From contig MU058198.1 in NCBI GenBank assembly GCA_013265495.1, forward strand, positions 5,285,779 through 5,349,778: 64,000 nucleotides of DNA, read 5' to 3'. Source of the DNA: Vicugna vicugna (lineage: Eukaryota). This document shows positions 11,510-24,125 of this stretch, one piece after another. The position numbers and the translations under genes are program-made. The notes under the pieces were generated by a model. The model had not been told where the DNA came from. It searched no databases and saw only the letters and a list, made by a program, of their open reading frames with translations. Positions within the stretch are counted from its first letter, which is position 1; each line of letters opens with the position of its first letter.

Positions 11510-13340
11510 TTTTCTATTTTTCACAGCTTTATTAAGGTATAATTGACACATTATAGCTGTACTATTTAACATACAATTTGATGAGTTTTAGTAGATGTGT
11601 ATAGTAGTGAAACTATCACCAAAATCAAGTTAATGAACACAACCATTGTGCCCCAAAGTTTCCTTGAGTCATCTTGTAATCCCTCCCATCACACACCTCC
11701 CATCCCCAAGCAGCCAGCTCTGTCACTATAGATTAGTGTGTACTTTCTATAATTTTATGTAAATAGAATCATACAACACGTTTTTTTTGGGGGGGGATGG
11801 TCTGGCTTCTTTGACTCTGGATAATTTTCATCTATGTTGTGTTTCATCCATGTATGATGTTTCATGACATTTTATTGCTGAATAGTATTCCATTATATGG
11901 CTATATCACTTTTTTTTTCGTTCATTTCTTGATGGGCATTTGGATTGCTTCCCATTTAAGTCTGTTATGAATAAAGTTGCTATAAATACTCATGGAAACA
12001 TCTTTTCGTAGTATTCGCCTTCATTTATCTTCAGAAAATTACTAGGGATGGAATGACTGGTTGTAAGATAGGTGAATGTTTAACTTTCAAAGAAACTGAC
12101 AAACTCTTTTGCAAAGTAGTTGCACTTTATATCACTTTACATTTCTGCCAGCCTTGCATGAGAGTTCGTCTTGTTCCACATCCTTGTTAACACTTGGTAT
12201 GGGCAGCCTTTTAATTTTAACCATTCTCATGGTTGTGCATCATTATAGTTTTTCTTTTAGTTTTGTAATGACTAATAATGAGCATAGTTTCATGTTCTTA
12301 CTTGCTATTCATGTTTTCTTTGATAAAGTATATGTCAAATATTTTGCCCATTGTTTTTTGTTTTCATAGTATTGAATTATAAGAGTTCCTTATATAGTCT
12401 AGATGCAAGCTTTGTCAAATATATGTTTTGAAACTATTCCCTTCCAGTTTGTAGTTTGCTGTTGGATTTCTGTAAGTCTTTTAAAGAATAAAAATTTTAA
12501 ATTCTAATACATCTAATTTATTAATGTTGTTTCTTTTGTGATTTCTGGGGTTTGTTTGTGTGGTGTTCTATTAAAGAAATACTTGCCAAACTTTAAGTCA
12601 CTGAGATTTTTCCTATATTTTCTTCTAGGAGTTTTATATTTTAGCTTTTACATTTAGATCCATAAACCATGAGTTAAATTTCATATATAAGGCAAGTATT
12701 GAGGTTCTTTTTTATTTAGTATGTATGTATGTATGTATGTATTTGTTTATTTATTGCTAATCAATTATTATTGAAGGGATTATTCTTTCTTCCAGTGAAT
12801 TGCCTCGGCACCTTTGTGAAAAGTCAGTTGACTATATATGTATGGGTCTATGATTCTCTATTCTGTTCTACTTTCTGTTCTGCCATGTTTTTAATATATA
12901 TATATATATACACATACACCAATACCACACAGTCTTGATTCCTCTTCCTTTAACTTTGTAGTAAGTTTTGAAATCAGATAGTATAAGTTATCCAACTCTG
13001 TTTCTCAAAGTTGTTTTGGTTATTTTAAATCCTTTGCATTTCCATATAAATTTTAGAATCAGCTTATCGATTGCTACAAGAAAAAAGCTTGCTGTGATAT
13101 TTGTTAAGAGTTTGAGGTAAATAGGTATCTTAAAAATATTGGCTTTTTGATCCACAAACACAGCATATCTCTCCATTTTTTGGATGTTATTTAGTTTATC
13201 TTGTCACTTAAAAATTATTTTTAGTGCACAGATATCATATATCTTTTACAAAAATTATCCCTATGTATTTCATTATAATTTTTTTCTAATTGTTCACTGC
13301 TAATATGTAGAAATACAATTGAACTTGTATCCTGCGCCTT
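11510..13340 (-). mobile_element. L1MB/L1MC-like LINE-1, 3' UTR plus decayed ORF2
   Basis: cagctttattaaggtataattgacac at the 3' end; ORF 12988-13176(-) IDKLILKFIWKCKGFKITKTTL is an ORF2p motif. Confidence 0.9.
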
Positions 13341-13879
13341 GTACAGCAGCACTTTGAACCTGTTTGTCTGTGTCCTCCATTGGTCTCCAGTTCTAGTTCT
13401 GCTCAATTATTCTGTTGAGCATTTGAGTATTTGTTATTGCATGCCTTAGTCTCAATCCCCTTACTGGTCCCTTGCATGGTGTTCTTGGTCCCATTTTTCA
13501 TGTCTTCATCATGAAGGCCCAGTTCATCCTGAACTTGTCACTGGGAACTTGCTCTGACCACTCAACTGTATCCTCCTAGACGTTGACTCCTATCCAAGAG
13601 ACATCCTACCCAAGATATTTACTATGCACTTTCAAGAGGGACCAGCTCAGCTGCCACCAATAGGGTGGTTCAGTTCAACCTCTGCCCATACCCTGATCAT
13701 TCATCCATTCTTTAGACACCAGTAGACCAGCAGTTTTTAAACCTGGCTCCCGGAATATCCCAGCTAGAATGCCTAGTTTGTGAAACTCTGGGTTTTGTCA
13801 CAATAAAAGAAACATTGGAAGCATGCATTCCTCCACATTCTCTGTGGCAATGATTATGGGAAGGGCTTCCTAGTGTAGA

Positions 13880-14880
13880 CTGAATTATAGAAGCAACAAA
13901 TCAAAGATCATTCAATACTAAAAATATTCAGTTAGAAATGAAAGTGGGAGGAGGGGAGGCCCATTCACAATAGTCATAAAAACTATAAAATATCCATGAA
14001 TAAATTTAGCAAGCACAGTACTTATCTGAATAAAACTATAAAATTTTATGGAAGAGCATAAAACATGATCTGAATTAATGGAGAGACATAGCATGCTCCT
14101 GAATGGGATGACTTTGTATCATAAAGTATCCACCCTTTCCAAATTAATACAACTATTTACCAAAATGTCTATCAGAATTTGTATGTCTCATTTTAAATTT
14201 TTCTTTCATTTTGCTTTGAGTATTTTTTTAGGGGAATGGGACAAAATAAGTTCACTGAAAACAAATTTGGATTTTTTTTTAAAAAAGAAAAATAGTGGAG
14301 ATGGAATTATCCTATCACCTATATAAAAACATACTCTAAGGATTCTCTAATCAAAACAGTATTGGCATAATAATAGATATTGTAGTAGAAGATAATAGAG
14401 AATACCAAATAGATCCTGGTATAAGAATGAATTTAATATGTGACATAGATGATATTTTAATTAAATGAGAAAATAAAAGTCCATTTAATAAAAGGTTCTG
14501 GCATAAAAGGCCATCCATCTGGGAAGATACAAAACTTAATCCCTACTACACACTACATATAGAAATAAACTCCAGCTGGGCAAAAGATATAAAATATCAA
14601 TAATCCATAATTAAATATACACTTAAGGAAAATATTTCTAAGACTTCAAGTTGAAGGAAAACTTCTTAAATAAGAGAGAACATTCAAAATCTACTATTGA
14701 AAAAAATAAATGAAGGAAAAAGATATTATAAAATCAAAGGACAAATGATAAATTGGGAAAAATACAAACTTGAGACATTGCTAATAAAAGCTTAATGTTT
14801 ATATAAAGATGATTCAGAAATGTTAAAAAAAACAAAGCTCAAGCATCTCAAAAATACAAAAAATCAAGTCCAGATGATAT
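13880..14880 (+). mobile_element. Old L1M ORF2 fragment (5' part, interrupted by an MLT1)
   Basis: ccattcacaatagtcataaaaactataaaatatccatgaataaatttagcaag; aatcaaaacagtattggcat; acactacatatagaaataaactccagctgg. Confidence 0.75.
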
Positions 14881-14887
14881 CAACAAA

Positions 14888-15308
14888 GTATTATTAAAGA
14901 CAGTGATAGATGTTCAATGACCCCCAAATCTCTATAGTTGAACCTAATACAAGTTTCTATATCACTTCTGTGAAGACTAGAATAGGTCTTTCTGTGTATC
15001 AAGTGACCATCCATGTGGTTATTAAAGGACCAGTCTCCTTCCATCTCGTAGCTCTGCCCTTCTGAAGGGCCTGAGTCCTCTGCATTAGGCTGACAGTTTG
15101 GGGGAAAGAATGAAGGATCACACAGGGGATCACATATAGAGGAACAGGCCTGGAAGTGAAGGATGTTATGTCTTTTCATAGTCCATTGGCCAGAACTTAG
15201 TCACATGACCTTACTGAACTGCAAGGAAGGCTGGGAAATGTAATCTCTTTGTGTGCTCCAGAAAAGGAGGAAATGAGGTTTGATGATCAACTGAAAGACT
15301 CTGCCGGA
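14888..15308 (-). mobile_element. MLT1 (J/K-like) solo LTR nested in L1M
   Basis: tccattggccagaacttagtcacatgacc...ctgcaaggaaggctgggaaatgtaatct is a hallmark MLT1 motif. Confidence 0.85.
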
Positions 15309-15314
15309 ATTTGG

Positions 15315-15845
15315 CAATCCACAAGAACAGAAATTAGTGGCCAATAAACATATGATAAGATCCTTACAGGTATTAATATTCAAGGCAAGTGAATTAAAAT
15401 GTAACCTCTCATGCAACAGACTGAAAAGAAATAAAAGTGTTAACACAAAAATATGGCAAAGATATGAAGGGAAGATTGGATTCTTTCATTTGTTTCTGCA
15501 CATGCTAAAAAAGAAATTCTGCAGCCTATTTGGGAAGCTGTCTGGGAATATCTATTACATTTTTAAAAAATCACACATAGCCTCCAACCCAGAAACCCCA
15601 CTTCAGGAAATCTATTCCATAAATACAAACATATGAGTGAATAAAAAAATGTGTATGCAGAGATGTTATTGACTCATGTTTAAAATGACAAAAACAAAAG
15701 CCAGAAACATTCTGAGTGTTGACCAACAAAGGAGTTGAACAAATCTCAGTACATTTATTCCATGAAATAATATGCAGTTGTGAAAAAACAGACTAAATTA
15801 GATTTACATATGTTATTCTGGAGGTATGTTTACAATGTGTTGCTG
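15315..15845 (+). mobile_element. Old L1M ORF2 end (continuation)
   Basis: gtggccaataaacatatgataagat...acccagaaaccccacttcaggaaatctattcc...catgaaataatatgcagttg. Confidence 0.7.
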
Positions 15846-16129
15846 TTCATTTTTTCTTTTTTGTTTATTCAATTTCATTTAATTTTTTTTTACTTGTACA
15901 ACATATTGTGAAGTGAGGAAAACAATATGCAAGAACTGATTTGAGTGTTGCCTAATTTTGTAAAATGAACACTTTTCATAGAACATTTTGTGTATAGGTT
16001 TGCACATGATTGTGTGAGTATGGGGTATGAACAGTGTGATCCAGTGGTTGATGTAGCCAAGAGGCATTTTAAATAGACACAAAATTATTGAAGAATAAAA
16101 TAAATATCATGAATTTTATAAGCACGAGT

Positions 16130-16340
16130 TAAATCATGCATCCGTATATTCATGCAAGTTATCTACTGAGCCAAACACCTTGATAGGTGACATAGTGGTG
16201 ACCCACACAGATACAAAAGACACAGTCTGTACTTACAAGCAGCTTGCAGTCTAGTGTGAGGTTATGTGTGAGAAAATGAGCAAATGCAGTAGTGTGATAA
16301 ATGCTTTAATGGGAAAATTTCAGAAGAGGCGCAGTTAACT
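16130..16340 (-). mobile_element. LINE-2 3' end
   Basis: attcatgcaagttatctactgagc...acaagcagcttgcagtctagtg. Confidence 0.55.
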
Positions 16341-16389
16341 TCACCCTGATGGAAGTGGGGGATCAATATCAATGTTCATATTCAAACAC

Positions 16390-16541
16390 AATAAGCAGCT
16401 AGATATGTGACCTTGACCATGGTGCATAGAAACTTCTAGACTCAGTTTCCCCATCTTTAATAGTGCTAAAACCCCTTCTACTTACACGGTTTAATGTAAG
16501 GTTTGAATAAATAGTAAATATAAATCGTGCTTCGAAAATAG
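16390..16541 (+). mobile_element. MIR fragment
   Basis: gctagatatgtgaccttg...ctcagtttccccatcttta. Confidence 0.7.
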
Positions 16542-16550
16542 TAGGATTCT

Positions 16551-16713
16551 GGGCGAAGGGTATAGCTCAAGTGGTAGAGGGCATGCGTAGCATACACAAG
16601 GTCCTGGGTTCAATCCCCAGTGCCTCTTCCAAAAAATAAATAAATAAGTAAACCTAATTACTTTCCCCTACCAAAAAAATGTATTAAGATTTAAAATAAA
16701 TAAATAAATAAAA
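16551..16713 (+). mobile_element. tRNA-Ala-derived SINE (camelid vic-1-like) with TSD
   Basis: A-box tagctcaagtgg, B-box ggttcaatccc, aaacctaattac segment, (aaat)n tail; TSD taggattctgg at 16542-16552 and 16714-16724. Confidence 0.9.
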
Positions 16714-17168
16714 TAGGATTCTGGTAATATAAGTTACCTTTAACTTTCCTTGAATGACTTCCTTGATTGAGCCCTTTCTTCAAATGTTAGGCAGGTTGCA
16801 AGGGCGAGAGAGGAAGCATTTTCCCAAACTTGCACTCATTTCACCCCTCAGGCTTCACCCTCCGAGTGTAAATGAGCTAGCCTCTGTTATTGAACAGCAT
16901 TAATCAAGGGATGTGTCTGAATAGACCCAGTGTGCTTTTAGTGATGCAGAATGCCTTCATGTCTGGCCCCTTGAAAATGCCCAGAGTGATTCTCTGGTTG
17001 CCTGGATTGTGTTTATCACGAATGAGGTCCCAGCAACTCATTCACAGCCACATCTAAAGAACTCCAAGATCATACCTGGAATGGCTTTTGTTTATTGTCT
17101 TGACATTTCCTTGTACAGTCAAAATAAATAAATAAATAAATGGCAGAGTTTGTTTATTAAGAATGGTA

Positions 17169-17414
17169 TGTGGTTGCCAAGGGGGCAGAGGGTGGGAAGG
17201 GACAGACTGGGATTTCAAAATGTAGACTAGATAAACAAGATTATACTGTATAGCACAGGGAAATATATACAAGATCCCGTGGTAGCTCACAGCGAAAAAA
17301 AATGTGACAATGAACATATGTATGTTCATGTATAACTGGAAAATTGTGCTCTACACTGAAATTTGATACAACATTGTAAAATGACTATAACTCAATTAAA
17401 AAGTGTTTAAAAAA
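17169..17414 (+). mobile_element. 5'-truncated young L1 3' end with TSD
   Basis: tggttgccaagggggcagagggtgggaagggacagactggg...tactgtatagcacaggg; TSD aagaatggta at 17159-17168 and 17415-17424; TT/AAGA endonuclease site. Confidence 0.92.
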
Positions 17415-17424
17415 AAGAATGGTA

Positions 17425-17720
17425 GAAGAGATCTGTTTTTACAACACCCATTTCTTCCTCTTCTGGTGACAGTATCTTGGTTTTATTTTGAGAAGCCACT
17501 CTCTCCAACTCACCCATCCTGTGGCTTTAATGGGAATGGCTACAACCCCAGCTACAAGGATGGTGAGCATAGGACCAAGCTTTGGCAAGTCAGGGCATTT
17601 AAACCACATGCTTGGTTGAAAGCCAACAAGAGACCAGCTTCTAGACTTCTGCTGGTCCTACTATAAAGAGAAAGATTCTGTTTACTAGGCTCTTCTGTAG
17701 CTTTCAGGGTCCACCATGTG
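17425..17720 (+). mobile_element. ERVL LTR fragment (LTR16-like)
   Basis: acacccatttcttcctcttctggtgacag...accccagctacaaggatggtgagcataggaccaag. Confidence 0.55.
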
Positions 17721-17870
17721 AAGAGAAGCATATGCAGGTTTTTATGTAAAATCTCCCAATGTTTTAACATTTGCAACCAATTCAGTTTTAAAAAGAAACA
17801 CTATATGGTTCAAACAAAGCATATTTACATGGTGATTGCAACCAGTGGGTGGTGCCTTTGTAAACTCTGG
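17721..17870 (-). mobile_element. MER102-like hAT-Charlie fragment
   Basis: ttttatgtaaaatctcccaatgttttaacatttgcaaccaattca...caaacaaagcatattt...tttgtaaactctgg. Confidence 0.6.
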
Positions 17871-18476
17871 CATAAACATTTCAGTAGCATGCCTCCAGAT
17901 TAGCCCTGTGAACTATTCACCCAGTGTGGTCTGAGCAGGGCAAATAAAGAGGATGGCTGAACATTTTTATCCAGTTCATAGGATGGGTAAATTATAATAA
18001 TTTTCTTTCCACTCATTCAACAATAAAAGCAACAGTGTTTACAGCTTCACCCACCAGATTTGAATCCCATCTCAGATGCTTACCAGCTTTGTGGTGGTGC
18101 TACTAATAGTATCTACCTCCTAACGTTGTTTGTTATGAGGGTTGGGTGGGATAATTGGTCCTCAGGACTGCTTGATCATCTCTTTCAAGAGAGAGGCTCA
18201 CTGCAGAAAGAAGATAGGTTCCTCAGTCACCCATTATCTTGGCCATTGTAGAAGATCCACTGATATCTTTTTCCTGGAAGCAACTTCCATATCTCTGCCC
18301 TCTTCCTTCTCAGATAGCGTGGAGTTCCTCTCCCTTCTGTGTCTTCTGCACAGACTAGAATTGGTACACTCTGTCTCTTTCCATGGAGCATCTCTGGGAA
18401 AAAAAGAGCTCAACTTGTCCTATCTTTAGAGTCCCTGGGGTTTAGATTTGTCTTGGTCTTCTTTTTTTTCTCTAGT

Positions 18477-18507
<31 letters not shown>

Positions 18508-19479
18508 ACCTCTGTAAGAACACTGTCTCCTTTCTCTCCCCTCTCTGTTTAACCTCTCCATTTATATGCTGATCTTTTGTTTCCCTTTTCTCTTTCACTT
18601 CTCTCTCCCTTACATCCTTGCTTTATACGTTCCTTCTTCCAAAACCTCACCCTTTCTTTCTTCCTATTCCTACATCTGTAAAGTAAGGAAAAATAACTGT
18701 ATCATCATAACTGTTTCAGGATGTTGAAAAGATTTATTTAAGATTCCCAACATTGCCTGGATACCGTAGGCTTTTAATAAATGGAAGATGTTCTTCTTCT
18801 TTTTCCCAATCCTTTGAACGTGTCCTCTTCTTTTCTTGCTCATGTTTCCTTACTTAGACAGCTCCTTGGCATCTGCCCTCTGCCTTCCACCCCCACCTTT
18901 TTGCTGTCAGGTTTGTTTCATCACCTTCTTCACCCCCGCAGCTCAGGCAGGCAGCTGCTTTCCTTCCAACCATTAACAGCTCTTCCTTGGCTTCTTATTG
19001 TTCCTCTTTCATTTAAGATGCACAATGGTAACTTGTTATATTTTTAAGATGATTGACTGTATATCACAAGAGAAAAGAGTCACATCTCTTGAACTTCAGA
19101 AGATTTCTCAATAAGCCAAATTTTCTCTATGTACATTTTAATTATCTTTGTCAAAGGATTATTTTAGATGCTGGAAGCAGGATGGCTTGAAAGTCATCAA
19201 GTAGAGTTTGGCTCACACCTAAAGTTCTCTCCAAGGTGCTGAAACTGGAACCCACGGGGCGTCTTCACTAAGTTCCCTTTGAGAGGATGGACTGGAGACA
19301 GTCATTCACAGACATGCTTGACAGATGTGACCACAATAGCATCTCACTTTGAAATTTTTGAATTATGTTTCCTGGAACTCATACCTTACTCCTGTAATGT
19401 CATTTCCTGGCTCAGGAATCCTTAATGATTCTTTCCTACTGCAACAAACTCTTACAGCTCTGTCTTTGTGACAGCATGA

Positions 19480-19690
19480 GGTTCTGGCAAAGGCATGGCT
19501 TGGTCACTAACTAGCTATGTGATCTCAAGAAGATTATTTAACCTCCTTGTGCCTCTGAAAAAAATGAGAATAAGTAGGAATAATAACATATGTACTTCAT
19601 AGGTTTTATAAGGGTTAAAAATTAATGTATATAAAAATGCTTAACAAAAGCCTTGTCATATATTAAGTGTCATATAAGAGTTAGCCAATA
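19480..19690 (+). mobile_element. MIR SINE
   Basis: cactaactagctatgtgatctcaagaagattatttaacctccttgtgcctc...cttcataggttttataaggg. Confidence 0.8.
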
Positions 19691-19769
19691 AAATCTTCCA
19701 AGACTAAATAATATAGAAAAAATTTATCTCTCCACTTTAGGTGGAATAGCATGGTGGAATTCACTCTGA

Positions 19770-19945
19770 ACTCAATAATAATCGCTTCTAGCAACACCAC
19801 CCACGATGTGCCAGACACCATGCTAGGTACTGTACATGTGTACCTACTACAACCTTATGGGGTAGATGTAATTATCATCTCCATGTTGCAGATGAGAAAA
19901 TAAGATACTGAAAGCTTACAATGTTACTTTGGATCATTCAGCTCT
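19770..19945 (-). mobile_element. MIR SINE
   Basis: atgtgccagacaccatgctagg...acaaccttatggggtagatg...gcagatgagaaaa. Confidence 0.8.
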
Positions 19946-19949
19946 AAGC

Positions 19950-20197
19950 ATTTTATTAAGAAGGCTGCTTTTAGAAGCAAGTGAAAAAATAATAACTAAA
20001 ACTGCTTTATGCAAAGAAGTGGAGGATTTATTGCTCAGGTAACTATAAAGTCTGAAGTGGGAATTTCTAGCTTCAGGCACAGTCAGACCAGGTGATTAAG
20101 TCATTCTGTCTGGAATCTGTCTTTATTATCTCTTGGCCCTCGTTTATTCTCTGTTGGTCTTATCCTAAAATAAGCTCTTCCCAAGTGGTAGCAAAAT
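19950..20197 (-). mobile_element. ERVL-class LTR fragment (LTR33/MLT1K-like)
   Basis: gcaagtgaaaaaat...aactgcttta...atttattgctcaggtaact...gcttcaggcacag...gtggtagcaaaat. Confidence 0.6.
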
Positions 20198-20888
20198 AAG
20201 AAAAAAAAATACTTATTTTCTTCTTTTTAACTTTTTAATCGCTTTTGTATTTTCTTCTTTATTCATGTGATTATCCAAAACTGGGTTTCTGTACTTTTTA
20301 TTTTACATGTAGCTGAACCTATTTGATTTTTGTGATTTCTATTTGATTCATTAATTTTATAATAACGTTGTTTCGGGTCTCAATTTGTTTCCTGAAGTCT
20401 GTAATAGCCCTTTCAGCCCATTCTGTTGTTCTATTATCTCAACTTGGAGTTTCCATCTTGTTAAAATCTGATTCTAATTAGTTTTTTTCTATAGCCTGAC
20501 GTACTCCTCATGCAATTCTGTGAGCTGTGGTCTTTTCAACAGACATCTTCACCTGTCTTTTGTGAGCTATATTGCATGTTTCTTGTCTTTCAATTGCATT
20601 AGTAGATTCTCAGTGTTGCAAAGTTTTTATAATCCTCTTGTTCATATTAATCATGGGCACTCTTTCCATGTCTTTCATAGAAAGTTAAAAAAAAATATGA
20701 GTGAATTTGCTTTGCTCTATCTGGTCCTTATCTGAAAGCCGCTTATCTTTCTGATGAGCAAAAGCTTGAGTCTGGGCATTGCTTCCATGCACTTTTACAA
20801 ACACGTGCACATACACATAGACATTCACATACACAAGAAGATCGGAAGATGTGAGGAGGGATAGGGAGAAACTCACCTATAGAAATTG

Positions 20889-21427
20889 TGATGTTACCCT
20901 AAAAGGTAAAGACCCCCAGTTCTTGTCATATCTTGAAAAATAAGTTTACAGTTGGGAGACAGTGCGTTGTGTAATGAAAGATTTTAAAAGATTTTCTTAG
21001 AAAAGGAAAAGTACACCTCAAAGAACGGGGTGGGGGGCTGATCCAAGGGAGGAAAAACGTTTCCTCTTATATCCTGGCTTGGAGGTGGTCTTTGATTGAT
21101 TGACGGCTCTTGTCCCTGGAGTGCTCAGTCATCTTTGGCCCCTTCTGTGCACGTCTTTACCCATGATATATCCAGAAAAACCCATTGTGGGGAGGCTAAA
21201 CCATACTGTTAATAATAATGTAATGAACAAAGGTTTGTGTCTGGTTTAGTCCTTTCTGCTGCTGGGCAGTCTTGGCCGTCAGGTTCTAACCGGTTTCTCA
21301 CTGTGTTCATTTAGAAGAAATAAAGTCCCTTTATGCTGGAGGTGGCATGACATCATCTTGCGGACCGCCATCTCTCTCCTCCACCCGTCTGCCCGGTGCC
21401 CCCACTTGTCTAACCACAGTCACATCA
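20889..21427 (-). mobile_element. Probable ERV1-class solo LTR (MER4/MER41/MER51-like)
   Basis: About 540 bp bounded by tgatgt...acatca; opening tgttaccc...gacccccagttcttg and agaaaaggaaaagtacacctcaaag resemble antisense ERV1 LTRs; no clean TSD. Confidence 0.55.
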
Positions 21428-21435
21428 CCAAGGCG

Positions 21436-21530
21436 CTTTCTTTATCTCTCTTTCTCCCTCCCTCTCTTTTTCTGTCTCCTTCTCTTTTTTTTCCCCCTCT
21501 CTCCCCTTCTTCTCTGTCTCTTCTCTTGTT
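21436..21530. repeat. CT-rich low-complexity tract
   Basis: About 95 nt almost entirely pyrimidine. Confidence 0.85.
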
Positions 21531-22309
21531 AAATGCCCAAGATCTAAGTTTTCTTCTTTTAGTTGAAGGTATATTTCAATGCCTTGAGAAAATTAATTCA
21601 CACTTTGGATATTATGCCTAATTAGGTCTACGGGGGGCTGGGGAAAAAAAAAAGACAGAACTTAAAGGTTCCACTGGTGTCAGCAAAAAGAATCTTCTGG
21701 TAAGTAGCCGAGATTGAAAGCTGTTTGAAACTTCCAGTGTGCAGCCCCTCAGGCCATATTTCCTTAAACTAGGAAGTACTGATAAGCATTTTATTGACCT
21801 CCCCTCTTCCCCTCAATGTCTAGTAGTGTTTTGGTGAATACAAGCTGAGTTTGTCTGCTGCTCTTTGACAGAATATTCTGTTTCTCTTCTTTATTTTCAT
21901 TTTTAAGGTTTTAGGTTGGATCTTTTTTATCATATAGTTGCTGCTATCCATCTTCTGTGGCCTCCACCATCATTTATATTAATTTCATGAATGTTGGTGG
22001 AATGTAGATGTGTGATTCAACTCGGACCTGCTACCTGTGCCCCAAAGTCCCATTAACCCCCTTACGAAACTGATACTCTGAGAGTTTGTAGTTCAATAAA
22101 ATACTCAGTAATTAAGTAACAGAGTTAAGACTTAGAATCTGTTCTTTTATTTCCAATTCTAGCTTGCTTTTCCTTTGGCCTACACTCTCTCAATGGATAG
22201 TCTTCACTTCTCCTGGGAACTGAAACAGAAAATGGTTTGAGCCACTTCGTGAGGAGGGAAAGCTCACTGAAATGACAGGGCTACTTAATATTTTTAATGC
22301 ATTCATAGA

Positions 22310-22800
22310 CTCAGTCATTCAAATGCATGCTACTAAGTTGAGCTTCTCCCACAAACCAAACACTCAGCTGGGTGCTAAGATATAAGGTGATGAAAAGAGC
22401 CAGAGAGACACAGTAGACAAGACCTTTGTTCTATGGAGATTCAGCTTAAGAGAGGAGACACATGATAACCAGGAAAACACAGAGAGAGGGTACATTTCAG
22501 TAAGTTCTATGAAGATAGCAGACAAGCAATGTCACAGAGAGCAACTGGGGTTGAGAGGGACAAGAATGCTACTTTTTACATGATGGAGACAGAGAAGATA
22601 TTCATGGGGATTGGTTTTATTTTGAGACCAGAAGGATGACAGAGGAGAGGGATATTCTTGTGAAAAGTGGAAGGGGAAATGATTCAGAATGCTGAGGCAG
22701 AAAAGGTTTTAGAGATGGGGACACTACGGGTGGAGACCAAGGTGGTGGAAGCGTAGAGATCTGAGGGGCAGATGGTAAGAGGTGATTGTCAGAGCCTTGA
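22310..22800 (-). mobile_element. LINE-2 3' region
   Basis: cagtcattcaaatgc...gggtgctaagatataagg...ctatggagattcagcttaagagagg...tttgagaccagaaggatga. Confidence 0.7.
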
Positions 22801-23879
22801 GTGGAGGCCAGATTGAGCACAATGAATGCACCAAAGGGTCTGACCAATTGCCAAGTCATCAAGTGCCTTCCCAAGAAAAGCCTCTTCTCTGAGAGAATTT
22901 TAAAGGAGGGAATTTTAGATGCTGGAGGTAGTGGCACCAGTGCTAAATGACCGTTACATCCTCTTTCAGAGGTGGCAACTCCACGCCACTGAGTGAGGAG
23001 AGCTCAGTGTATTTATATGTTGTAAAGAGCACAAAAATGAAAGGTGCTGAAGAAGCCAAGCTTGTGGCTATTCTAACATTTCGAGATGCCCGCCCAAGAC
23101 CGTAATAGATTCCTCTGGCATTTTCTGCTTTCTGTCTGAGCATTGGGTAAGAATCTTCTTTTTATTTCCCCAGTTACATCTCACTTGCCTGTGTCTTCCC
23201 ACTTTGCAGAATGGATGTAAAGGTTAATTCCGCATCTGTAACTTCAGGAAGGGTTTTCTTCCAGGCTGCCAACCTCTTTGACGATTTGTCTTGGCTGCTG
23301 TGTGATAGGATGTCACTTCTCTCTGCTCACCCTTTGAAAACAGCCTATTTAAAGAAAGATGATTTGGGGTTAGAGTCAATAAAATCAGGTGGTAAGCAAT
23401 TCTTCAGCATGTTTGGTCCTCAGAAGATAGGCTGGGTGGCTGGAGAGCCATCTTTGATGACAAATGTCTCCTTGTAGTGCAAGCCTGGGAGATACTCTGT
23501 GGATGAGCATGCAAAAAGGCTTGAGGTGACAAAAATGCACCCAAATGAAAACCAAGTCTGGACCATAAAGCCTTTTTTTTTTTTTCAATAGATCTCATAG
23601 GGACTCTCCTGTGAGACTTTCCTGGAGAGAATGCAGATTTCATCCAAAGCAAGCTCTGTCTCTTTAAGCAAGTAAATCAATATTTTGAGCCTCAATTTAC
23701 CCATCTATAAATTGGGATAAATATTTCCATCATTCAGTGTTATCTGGAGGCTTAAATAAGATACACAGAAGTGACCAGCACCCCTATTGCTCCTGTCATT
23801 AACCTTCATTCTGCCCTCCCTTCTGCCTTGTTTACCAGTCATTTGTATCTAATTCTGTGATCTCATCAGAGTTTGGCGC

Positions 23880-24125
23880 AGCTATTCGAGCATAAACTCT
23901 GGAGCCAGACAACTTGGGTTTGAGCCTTGGTTCTGCCATTTCACTTGCTCATCAACCTTGCGCAAGTCACTGAAACTGTGTTTTTATTTAGCTACCTAGT
24001 AAGTGGTAACAATATCTCGCAGGGGTGTTGTGGTGATTAAATCAGACAATATGGACAGTGTTTAGGATAATGCCTGGTTTATGGTTTGTGCTTTATAAGT
24101 GTTAGTTGTTAGTATTATTATTGCT
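23880..24125 (+). mobile_element. MIR SINE
   Basis: gagcataaactctggagccagacaacttgggtttgagccttggttctgcca...gggtgttgtggtgattaaat. Confidence 0.85.

Noticed and set aside
16551..16630. Functional tRNA-Ala gene
   Set aside because: The anticodon stem is disrupted and it is followed by a SINE body, an A-rich tail and a TSD, so it is a SINE
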